Assembly (NCBI GenBank): GCA_024346625.1
Contig: AP024666.1
Span: forward strand, 1,550,001 to 1,614,000
Reading direction: 5' to 3'
Length of the DNA: 64,000 bases
Origin: Williopsis jadinii
Lineage: Eukaryota
The notes below the pieces were generated by a model. It had not been told where the DNA came from, did no database searches, and saw only the letters and a program-made list of their open reading frames with translations. Position numbers and translations under genes: made by a program. Numbering within the stretch: the first letter of the stretch is position 1; the number at the start of each line of letters is the position of its first letter. Below, piece by piece: positions 1-10,257 of this stretch.

Positions 1-806
1 AAGACTTGTTCACAAGAGCACCATCTGAAGATGAAATTGTCACAACTTCTGAAGTCAAAGAAGATGCAAAGGAGATCCAACATAACGAAAAGGATATTAT
101 TGAAGAGGATACCGAAGTGTTTGAAGGACCAACTGTATCGGTATTTGTGAAGAACTTGAACTTTTCCACAACACCACAGGATCTCACCAAGCTCATGTCA
201 AAATTGGATGGATTTGTCCTTGCTACGATCAAGACCAAACCTGATCCAAGAGACTCAACAAAGACACAAAGCATGGGATACGGGTTTGCCGAATTCAAGA
301 CGAAGGATCAAGCAAACACTGCAGTTCGTGCTATTGATGGTGTTGTTCTCGATGGCCATAAACTTTCCCTGAAGCTCTCGCATCGTCAAAGCACAGCTTC
401 GTCGTCATCATCCTCCAAGAAATCCAAATCCAAATCCTCCAAGATCATTGTCAAGAACTTACCGTTTGAGGCTACAAGAAAGGACGTCTTCGAGCTTTTC
501 AATTCGTTTGGTCAACTCAAATCTGTCAGAGTTCCAAAGAAATTCGACAAGTCTGCAAGAGGTTTTGCCTTTGTTGAGTTCTTGTTACCTAACGAAGCTG
601 AGGCTGCTATGGATCAACTCCAAGGTGTCCATCTCCTTGGTAGACGCTTGGTTATGCAATATGCAGAGCAAGATAGTGGGGATGCAGAGGCTGAAATAGA
701 AAAGATGACAAAGAAGGTGAAGAAGCAAGTCGCTACAACTCAGTTAGGAGCTTTAAGATCTAATGGGAAAAGAAAACTTGACTTGGGAGATGAGGACGAA
801 GAGTGA
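1..806 (+). CDS. MRD1: Multiple-RRM pre-rRNA processing protein, C-terminal part (5' end outside window)
   Basis: Two RRMs with RNP motifs (VFVKNLNF...SMGYGFAEF; IIVKNLPF...ARGFAFVEF, HLLGRRLV) typical of the last two Mrd1/RBM19 RRMs; frame open to the window start. Confidence 0.9.
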   Translation, partial: DLFTRAPSEDEIVTTSEVKEDAKEIQHNEKDIIEEDTEVFEGPTVSVFVKNLNFSTTPQDLTKLMSKLDGFVLATIKTKPDPRDSTKTQSMGYGFAEFKTKDQANTAVRAIDGVVLDGHKLSLKLSHRQSTASSSSSSKKSKSKSSKIIVKNLPFEATRKDVFELFNSFGQLKSVRVPKKFDKSARGFAFVEFLLPNEAEAAMDQLQGVHLLGRRLVMQYAEQDSGDAEAEIEKMTKKVKKQVATTQLGALRSNGKRKLDLGDEDEE

Positions 807-1691
807 ACCTTTCCCTCCTTCTCATTACGTTTATAGGGGTATAAAGACAAAACTATTGAATCATCCTGCCAACGCAACTGTTGACCTTGGTAATATTACT
901 TATGTCCTGTAGAGTCTACATTCCAAGCCACAGTGGCTTATATTCTCAGTGCCATAATTTGTGGCTTTCAGTGGCTTTTTCAACTTCACTCATCTTGAAT
1001 AAGTTGCTGCAATACCATGCTAGATATAATACTTTTTTTTTGCCTAGCATACACAGTATGGTTATTATCTTCACGGTTACAGAACAGGTTTTGCTTAAGA
1101 GAGATGGGAGATTGCTTTATATGACCCTTTCATTCTTTGCATTTATTGTTAGCAACTCGCTGGGCAGCGACCGCCTCATCTGTTTCTTCGATGCACCTTT
1201 TACAGGTTGTCCCCTGCATCAGTTTGAAGGCAACCGTTTCGACAGGGCAGGATGAACAATTTTCCTCCAAGATGCTTTATCTTAGTCGCTGGTGTACTGG
1301 TGCTAATGACCGGCCAGGGAAACCACATCTGATGAATCTCAAAGATTGGACAAAAAATACCAATGGTTTATCGGCTATGTTGCCTTATTAACATGTGGCA
1401 CTGTGGCGAATTCGTTGTGGCACATGGGCCAGTCCTTCTGGCAACGTCATCGCGAGCAAAAAGTATACAGATGTAGAGGCGAAAATGTGTGAAAAAACAT
1501 GAAAAAAGAAAGAAATTAGGTATTGTTGAGCATCTGCTTGCATAAAAGCCATAGTGCTGTCCATGAACCGACGATCGAGTTGCTATGATATATGTTAAGA
1601 TTCAATCACCAATTTTGTAGTATAAAAAGCTGGCCATAACTCCCCTGCTTCTTTGAATACGCTAAATGTCTTTATCAAGGCTTTATCTGAT

Positions 1692-3179
1692 ATGGCTTTA
1701 ACGAAGGAAGACAGTAAAGACTATGAAAAATACCTGGAAGAGTCGTCGAATGGGGTTCCATTAACGGTCAATGTGCCTTCAAACTCCTATGACGACGAAG
1801 AGACCTTAGAGGCAGACGCCATCCTTCATAAGGAGATTGAGGAAGAAGAAGGCAACCAGATCAAATACCGTTCTTGTTCATGGCAGCGTACAGCGATGCT
1901 TCTATTCTCCGAGTACATCTGTCTTGCCATCATGTCCTTCCCGTGGTCATACTCGGTGCTGGGGTTGATTCCAGGCCTTATAATCACCGTATTTGTCGCA
2001 GGTACCACGTTATATACGGGTCTCATCATTGGTGATTACTGTTCTCGTTATCCACATCTGCAGAACATTTGTGATATTGGAAGACAGTTATTCTGGGGTA
2101 AGCAATGGGCATGGTATGCTACTGCAGTGTGTTTCCTTTTGAACAACACATTGATCCAGGCTTTGCACGTCTTGGTTGGGGCTAAGTATCTCAACACAGT
2201 GACGCACCATAGCCAATGTACAGTGGTTTTTGCTGTTATATCAGCTGCGATTTGCTTTCTCATCTCATTACCGAGAACGTTTTCCCATATGTCAATCATT
2301 GGACTGTTCTCCGCTGCAACGATGTTCATTGCTGTTTTGTTGGCGATGATCTTTTCAGGCGTGCAAGATCATCCTGATAACTTTATCGAAGGAGAACCTG
2401 TTAAGTGGCACCTGTGGCCCCAGGAAGGCACAACGTATGTCTCTGGAATGTCTGCCATGCTTAACATTGTGTACACATTTGTTGGACAAATCTGTTATCC
2501 TTCCTTCATCGGTGAGATGAAGAACCCAAAGGAATTCAAAAAGGCACTATATCTGGTGACTCTATGCGAAGTGATTGTCTTTGCACTTGCAGGTTCCATC
2601 GTATATGTGTATGTAGGTAATTCATACATTACTGCACCTGCCTTTGGATCCTTGCAATGGAAGTACAAACTTGCAGCTTTCTCATTTGCTATTCCTACCA
2701 TCATATTCTTGGGCTCACTATACGGCAACGTATCATCACAGTTGTTGTTTTTCAAAGTGTTTGACTCCAAGAGTAAGCATAGAACATCACACACGCTGAA
2801 AGGTTGGAGTGTGTGGATCCTCATCAATGCTGCCACATGGATTGCTGCTTTTGTCATTGCTGAAGTCATTCCGTTCTTCTCCGACTTGTTATCTTTGATG
2901 TCGTCGCTGTTTGACTGTTGGTTTGGTTTTGTATTCTGGGGAGTTGCCTATTTCAGAATAAAAGAGGCCAAATACCAAGGTCAGTTTACAAACTTTAGAC
3001 ACCTGTTTGGAGTGCTAACCACCAGAGAGAAGGTTGATTATGTGATCTGCTGGGTACTAATTGGTATCGGTATTTATATTTTGGGACCTGGTACCTATGC
3101 ATCTGTTGATTCCATTGTTCTGAGTTATCAAAGTGGACTGTATGGCACAGTCTTTACGTGTGCAAGCAACGGATTATAG
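1692..3179 (+). CDS. Amino acid transporter, Aa_trans/AAAP family (Mtr-like)
   Basis: Many hydrophobic segments; motifs SEYICLAIMSFPWSYSVLG and FIGEMKNPKEF; first ATG at 1692, TATAAAA at 1621. Confidence 0.88.
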   Translation: MALTKEDSKDYEKYLEESSNGVPLTVNVPSNSYDDEETLEADAILHKEIEEEEGNQIKYRSCSWQRTAMLLFSEYICLAIMSFPWSYSVLGLIPGLIITVFVAGTTLYTGLIIGDYCSRYPHLQNICDIGRQLFWGKQWAWYATAVCFLLNNTLIQALHVLVGAKYLNTVTHHSQCTVVFAVISAAICFLISLPRTFSHMSIIGLFSAATMFIAVLLAMIFSGVQDHPDNFIEGEPVKWHLWPQEGTTYVSGMSAMLNIVYTFVGQICYPSFIGEMKNPKEFKKALYLVTLCEVIVFALAGSIVYVYVGNSYITAPAFGSLQWKYKLAAFSFAIPTIIFLGSLYGNVSSQLLFFKVFDSKSKHRTSHTLKGWSVWILINAATWIAAFVIAEVIPFFSDLLSLMSSLFDCWFGFVFWGVAYFRIKEAKYQGQFTNFRHLFGVLTTREKVDYVICWVLIGIGIYILGPGTYASVDSIVLSYQSGLYGTVFTCASNGL

Positions 3180-5169
3180 AGTTGTACATTCCTAATAGAC
3201 CCAATTTGTTGTTTTCTGTTGATTAGTTGTTGATGTTTAGTAGACTACGCATGATAGTCACGTGACCATCATAACACTTCTCTCAAAGTGGAGGGTAATC
3301 GATTGAAGTAGCAAGTTTTGTAAATTGTGACTGCTCTTTCCCTTAGAACTGGAAGCAATGGTTTATAGCACTAAAAAGCTCTTGTCCTATTCATAATTGT
3401 TGGGATTCGCAAGTGTAATGTGTCACACTGTGCGGAGAAGACATCACTGGGCAATGTTGAAGTAGGTTATACTGGAAATCAATGACACCAACAGAAACAC
3501 AGCCAGGCAGTACCGGCCCACGTGAGCACAGTAATTGCAATCTCAACAAAGTAGCAAAGATACACTGAAGTTTAAAAATGAAGAATCTACAGAAGCCTAT
3601 CTCTAAATTGAGTTAACGGGTCGTACAATTTTGTCTCGTCAAAGCGAGGTGAAACCTTGAAAACTTACTGCCGGTCCACACTATTTTGGCCGTGTGGCTA
3701 TTGGAACGGTCCGGACTCTGACGTTGAGCCTTACCCAAGGTGTCGAGAAAAGAGCACTTGGCCGCTTGCGAACTGGAAGTTAGGAGGTGGAAGTTGTACA
3801 TTGTAAGTCTGTAACGTGAGGCCACCACACGCTACGTATTACATAGTACATGTCACAGAAAATACCGTTTTAAGACATTTTTTACACGGCCTTCTCCCAC
3901 TGCCTCATGCTCTTAACATAAGGAGGTGAATTGAGCTGATTCGATGAATCACACGGTAGATCAACCCGGCTGTTATTTAGGCCGTCTCAATTAGAATGGT
4001 GAGGCTAAGGAGTTCTAGGCATCGTTCAAGGAAACCACCGCACAATCGTGCAATTGGTCTAAGGGCATCCTCTCCAGATCGATCAATTTCAAACGCATGC
4101 TGAACTAAACTAGTGCGCGGAATGATTTGCGATTGGTTAACTCGTATTGGAATAAGACAGAAAGCACATCCAAACCACCCGGGAGGTCGTATGGCGCAGC
4201 ACTTCCTCACTGCTAACGTTGCTGCTTTTCATTACTTTTCTAAATGCGGTAATAGGGGCGTCTCGATTTGGCCAAGGGAAAGTCCAGATTTGGCGGTGTC
4301 CCCCCCCCCCTCTGCGCCAAAAGTATCCAACTGTGGAGCAACTTCTAAACTAATTGGCTAATAATTAACAAGCAGTTTCATCACCAGCGTGGAGTGGTTA
4401 AGAGCGTTAGACAGATTCCAATGATGGCAGTGTGCAACAATGTTCTGCACCCAGTTGTCTATTTTTATTCACTCAAGGCCTTTTCCATTTTGAACGGGTG
4501 ATTCGCTTTAGAATTGGTTATATCGGCTCTTCTGTACAGAATTTTTTGCATTTCTCGGGTTTCGCAACACTCGCAAAGTTCCGTGTTGAACGAAATTTCA
4601 TGCAAATTTGCGAAACTTTTTTCGGTTCTTCTCTTGTTGTTGGCTCTTCGGTACCGCGCTCCCGTACAGATTTCTACAGAAGCTTTGTTTGTGTGTTTGT
4701 TTTTCCCCTATGGAAAACATGCACAAAGCCACAGATATGTCACCATTTCTGTCCTCGAGGGGAGTGATACCGGAGCTCTTTTAAAATTGCCTCTCTGTTA
4801 AGCTTCGTTCATGTTGACGAAATTGCGCAAAGATGACCAAAAGACAGCCACAAGACTTCTCTTTCTTTTTCATTTTCGTTTTCGTTTTCGTTTTCTGGGT
4901 TGCCTTTTTAGGATAGTTGCCCCAAAGTGGGTAAATGGTAAATATGTACCGTACGGTATACGCTTCTTGTACGTGTGGTTGAATTGCTCATAAGACCTTG
5001 CATAACAACTCTCATCCGGATTCTGTTATAGTTCAACGCCATCCTATATAAGGTGTAGTCTTTTCCCATCATCCCCAATTCTACACAGTTTTAGAATGCT
5101 CCCCCTTTTTTGTCTTGTTTCTTGTTTAGTTAAGGTATCTACATAGACATTCAAAAGCATATAAACACA

Positions 5170-6435
5170 ATGAGATTCTCACTTGTTGCCCTTGCTTCCA
5201 CTTTGGCAGTTGCCAATGCTATTCCATTCGATATCGTCAACATTCTCTACAAGCGTGAGGACAGTTCCGACTCTGCCCTTTCCTGGTTGAGTTCTCTTTT
5301 GAATACCACCAACTCTACAAACTCATCCGTCGCATCAAACTCCACCAACACCACCTCTTCTGAGGAAGAGTCCGACTTGACCACTATCAAGATCTTCTCA
5401 TTCTCCAGCAACTTCACCGAGATTTATGGTTCTGTCAACGCTACTGCTGAGGCTTCTAATGCCACTTACTCAAACTCCTCAACCATCTCCATCGAGGCTA
5501 CTGTTGATGACATTTTGTCAATCTTGAACATTGCAGGTAACTCCTCCAGTGTTGAATTCGTTGCTTCTGCCCTGGGTAACAATTCATTGAGCGCTCTGTT
5601 GAATGCCACTGATCTCTCCACCTATGTTTCTTTGGATTACGAGGAATTGGCTACTTCTTTCAACGACTCTACCTTGCCATTGTTGTACCAAGCCCTTGAG
5701 GATGACTCTGAGGATTACGATGCCTTCGTTATCCTTCTTGAGCCAGTTTACCTCGAGTCCGCCGCTTTCTTTGTTGACATCACTGCAAACATCTCTAACG
5801 CCATTGTGTTTGCTCCAGAGCTCACAGCTGAGAACTTGTTGAGCGGTGGTTTGCTCGACTTGTACAACGCCATTGTTGTTGCTGCTGATGAGGACAACGT
5901 TTTCGACACCGAGGTTGTCTCTTCCCAATACATTTCTCCAGCCTTCTACTCCCAGAGAGTTGGCGACCGTTTCGTCTCTTCCGCTGTTACTCTTGGTAAG
6001 GTTACTCGTGGTGAGGCCCAATGGTTTGTCACCGATGCTTCATTCCCAGACTTTGGTAGCAACTTCACTATCACTGAGGACTCAACTGTTCCAGAAGTCC
6101 TCGTTGTCGAGACCGTTGGCTCTTCCTCTGCTGACTTGTTGGCTGCTTTGCAAGCAACTCTCATTGATGGTATTGTCTTGTCTGCTGGCTCCATTGATGA
6201 CTACAGCGCAGCATTCATCGAGCAAGCTTCGATCTTGGCTGAGTCCATCCCAGTTGTCTTTGCTTCAAGCTCTGAGCTTGATGTATTGACCCCAGAAGAC
6301 GTTCCAGTTGAAGCTGCTTTTGCTGCTGGTTTGTTGTCCCCAGTCAAGGCTAAGGTTTTGCTTCAAGCAGCTTTGGCTTCTGACTTGGATAACGAAGCTA
6401 TCTCTGAGTTGTTCGCTGTCGCTTATGGTGGTTAA
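5170..6435 (+). CDS. YGP1: Secreted, heavily N-glycosylated asparaginase-fold protein (Ygp1/Sps100-like)
   Basis: Signal peptide, KR site, many N-x-S/T sequons; asparaginase-like segments LESAAFFVD, GIVLSAG and AAGLLSPVKAKVLLQAALA; strong codon bias; TATATAA at ~5046. Confidence 0.7.
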   Translation: MRFSLVALASTLAVANAIPFDIVNILYKREDSSDSALSWLSSLLNTTNSTNSSVASNSTNTTSSEEESDLTTIKIFSFSSNFTEIYGSVNATAEASNATYSNSSTISIEATVDDILSILNIAGNSSSVEFVASALGNNSLSALLNATDLSTYVSLDYEELATSFNDSTLPLLYQALEDDSEDYDAFVILLEPVYLESAAFFVDITANISNAIVFAPELTAENLLSGGLLDLYNAIVVAADEDNVFDTEVVSSQYISPAFYSQRVGDRFVSSAVTLGKVTRGEAQWFVTDASFPDFGSNFTITEDSTVPEVLVVETVGSSSADLLAALQATLIDGIVLSAGSIDDYSAAFIEQASILAESIPVVFASSSELDVLTPEDVPVEAAFAAGLLSPVKAKVLLQAALASDLDNEAISELFAVAYGG

Positions 6436-6667
6436 ACCAATCATTTGATACCCCAGATATACCCATGATAAACACATAGCTCATCGGTTATGAGATGGTT
6501 ACAATCATCCTGCATTCATTAACTGTGTGTTTTCCTTTTAAACTTCTATTCGTTCCGGTGAGATATTGTGATTTCAGTATCTACTTTTTGTATTCTCTTT
6601 CCTTTTTTTATATAGGTTTATTATCGTTATTATGATCAACTCACAATTCGCATCAATGTAGCATGCT

Positions 6668-8140
6668 TTAGCTTTTTCCAAGCTTTAACCATTTAGGAAT
6701 CTTTTTACCGTTGTTGTGTGTGGAGCTCTTTGTTGTTGGAGAATTCACCTTCAAGGACTCTATCTGTGTTGTATCATCTGCATGAACGTGGTTAAATTCC
6801 TTATCCAATTTAATCTCTTCGGCTTCTCTCATATCCTTGGCCTGTTGTAGGAAATCAGGCTTTAGAAACGGACCATTTACCAAGATTTGTGATCTGAACA
6901 ATAACAAGTTTCTTGCGTCCAATTGAGTTATCAATGGTTGTGTTGAAGTGACTAAGACCTCGTGTGGATGTGGTATGCTCAGCTCAAACTCAACATTTTC
7001 CTTAGCCAATGAATTCGAAACAAATTTGTACAAGTCTGCATTTGTCTCATTTGGTTTGAAATTAGCCTGTAGGAAAGACTGGTCTGGGAATCTTATTCTA
7101 ACTTCAACGTTATTTATACGACGTTTTTGGGCCTCTTTACGTATTCTTCTCTTCTTCTCAGAGTCGTGTGCGTATGATGATAACATATTTTGGTACTGGC
7201 GTGCGTGTGACACAGAGAGTTCATAAACTTCTTCGTCTGGTTGATCAACTTCAAGAGGAGTTTCAGATGCCTTGAAGACGTAGACATGCTTAGGAACTTC
7301 CTTTGGCTCTTCCTTCAATGGGTCTTCCTTCATTGGCTCTTCCTTCACTGGCTCTTCACGGTCAACTGGCCCATCGATGTCCATCTCATCGTGACCGGTT
7401 TCATCTTCCACTTGAGAAAAATGGGCTTTAATCTGTTGCACAAGAACATTCTTATAGGCTTCTTCCTCTGGCGACAGTTTTATCTCCTCTGTCTTAGCTG
7501 TCTCCATTGTCGTATCTGTATCCACAGTTTTGTTAGACTTTTCCACATGTACTGCACTTGGTTCTCCAGGTTGTTTCTTTTCAACAACAGTTGGTCTGTT
7601 AAAGCTTATTCTCAGCACACCGTTATTCTCAACACCAACTTGAGATAATGTCAGATCTAAACACTCGACTCCTACTGTCTTTGTAAAGGTTTGAAACTTC
7701 AAATCATAGCCAGCATCCAACATAGCTCCCAATTCACTCTGCAGCATCTCAACCAGTTGGCCCAATGTCATACAATTCGACAACTTTCTAACCACAGAGT
7801 TCTGCTCAAATGGACTGTTTATGAACTGGACCTTGACATTTATGTCCTGTTGTCTCTTTGATTTTGAAGGCTTCAACTCCAACCTAGCCCCAGCTGGTAA
7901 GTTCAGCAGTCTGAATGGGAGTGAGTTGGAGATCTCGCTGTTCTTATGGCTAAAGTCATCGATTAGTCGAGTTCTGGACAGAACATGTGCGGCAGAGATT
8001 CATACTAACAATAACGCAAAGGTGGCGGAATCCAACTTGAAATGAGTAGCTACTTTGTCAAGTATTTCAGCAGCTGGAGTACCAGGAGATGTCTTAACCT
8101 TTAGACTCTTGAGACCATATACCACAGTGACGGCAGACAT
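6668..8140 (-). CDS. UBX4: UBX-domain Cdc48 cofactor (TUG/ASPL-like); exons 8140-8010 and 7949-6668
   Basis: UBX motif VRIRFPDQSFLQANF; a 60-nt intron GTTAGT...GACTAAT...TAG (8009-7950) restores an N-terminal UBL (MSAVTVVYG...LPFRLLNLPAGARLEL) in frame. Confidence 0.85.
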
Positions 8141-8594
8141 TGTTACCTCTCCCTGCTGCTTCTTTCTACGCTTTCAACCTGGTGTCTCTGTGTGCTTGCA
8201 CGTTGTACGTTGTACGTTGCTGATGTATTCGCCTCAGCACCTAACAAACGATACGGTATGTGCGCGTACCGAGAGTTATCGGAATCAATGGACTTTTCTA
8301 ACCAACTTTCCGACCCTCAAAGAAAGCAAATTGAAAAACTACGCGTAAAACCCGCCGGTACGGAAAAAGCCGCGAAACAACGATGACGACAGCGACAACG
8401 ACAACAACCCTTTTTTGGCGATTCTTTTTTTCTCTCAGCGTCTTTTCGCGGAATTCTTGTCGCTTCTTGCCGTTCTTGCTCTGTGTTTATTTTCTGTGCT
8501 TTTTGGCCATTTCGTTTTTTTGTGCTTCTCTTCAACAAGGAGAACTTCTCTCAAACACAGCAGTTCGAGTATCCTGTTTTAGAACACTTAGAAA

Positions 8595-9850
8595 ATGGTC
8601 TCAGTTAGTAATTTGTTGCTTTGTTTTTATTCTGATGGATAATTCCATTCAACGGATTTTTTGGTTTCGTGTGCTCTTCTGTGCCTATGTTATTGATCCT
8701 TTACTAACACCAAATACAGGAGGAAGAGTTTTTGTATGTGTGGTTTTCTCTCTGGTTGATCCGTGCTAGTGGGAGATGCATATTTTCCTTGGTTTGATTC
8801 GAAGTGGTTGCCGGATTATCGTTATGTTGCGATGAAGTACTAACACATGGTTGTGTAGGAAATCGTACCCACAGATTGCACCACCAGGTTCTCTACCGGG
8901 CCACCCAGGTTACCTCAACGATGAACAGCAAAAGAAGTTGCTCGACTTTAGAGAGCAATTGAAGGCGAAAGGTTATGAAAAACGTTTGGATGATGCCACC
9001 TTGGTAAGTGTTTCTTTCCCTGATGCCGCCGTTCTACCGCCCTGCCTCTCTTTAAGGTGAAGAGGCGGTGTAACAGTTATGTTGACCCTACGTATACTAA
9101 CACGTCTCCAAGTTGCGTTTCCTTAGAGCTAGAAAGTTTGACATTGCCCTTGCCTTGAAGATGTACGAGGAGCATGAGAAGTGGAGAAAAGAGTTTGGTA
9201 CCGACACCATCCTGGAGGATTTCCACTATGAAGAGAAGCCGATCGTTGCCAAGTACTATCCACAGTACTACCACAAGACCGATAAAGAAGGTCGTCCTGT
9301 GTATATCGAGGAGTTGGGCTCCGTCAACTTGACTGAGATGTACAAGATCACCACCCAGGAGCGTATGCTGAAGAACTTGGTTTGGGAATACGAGTCATTC
9401 ACTAGATTCAGACTCCCTGCTTGTTCTAGAAAGGAGGATTACTTGGTTGAAACGTCATGTACCATCATGGACTTGAAGGGAATTTCAATCTCAGCTGCTG
9501 CCCAGGTGTTATCCTACGTGAGAGAGGCTTCATACATTGGTCAGAACCATTACCCAGAACGTATGGGTAAGTTCTACTTGATCAATGCCCCATTTGGTTT
9601 CTCCACTGCCTTCCGTTTGTTCAAGCCTTTCTTGGACCCTGTTACTGTTTCAAAGATCTTTATCTTAGGCTCAAGTTATAAGACCGAGTTGCTCAAACAA
9701 ATCCCTGCAGAGAATTTGCCAAAGAAATTTGGTGGGTTGTCCGAAGTATCTGAAGCTGAAGGTGGATTGTACTTGTCCGATATCGGCCCATGGAGACAAC
9801 AGGAGTACATTGGTCCAGAAGGTGAAGCTCCAAAGGCTTTCTCCCTCTAA
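8595..9850 (+). CDS. SEC14: Phosphatidylinositol/phosphatidylcholine transfer protein; exons 8595-8603, 8720-8733, 8859-9003, 9113-9850
   Basis: Spliced product [22 protein letters not shown]...[17 protein letters not shown]...[14 protein letters not shown]; three introns with GTTAGT, GTATGT and GTAAGT donors and TACTAAC branch points. Confidence 0.95.
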
Positions 9851-10257
9851 ATCTGACTACACATCGTTTCCTGTTGTTGGCTTATAACTTGAAATAAAAG
9901 TCAGAGCCGGTATATACCAGAGGTGCATACAACACCCTCATGCCTCTTTTTACTGTTTTGTTTCGTGTTTCTCTGTCTTGGTCATAATTTAAGGATTAGC
10001 TTATATAACTGAATCGTACAGGATTATCAGTATTACAAGAATAGTCTCAATACATGTTTTGGTTGACGTTAACACCGCGTTGTCTCTGCTTCTGATGTTG
10101 CTGGCGCTTCTGCTGATGTTGCTGCTGCAGTTACGGAGGAAAAACACTATTTATGTTTCCACGGAGATTGAAACTAAAATGTGCGTTTGTATGGCAAATA
10201 CCCTAACATACTCCCTAACATACTCCCTCCTTATTATCCAGTATAAACACCATCACG

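Noticed and set aside
3257..3266. GTCACGTG as centromere CDEI
   Set aside because: No following very AT-rich CDEII or CDEIII at any copy
10180..10241. Possible intron upstream of BUD2 (duplicated CCCTAACATACT, ...TCCAG)
   Set aside because: Weak donor and branch matches; no convincing coding extension; more simply a 12-bp tandem duplication
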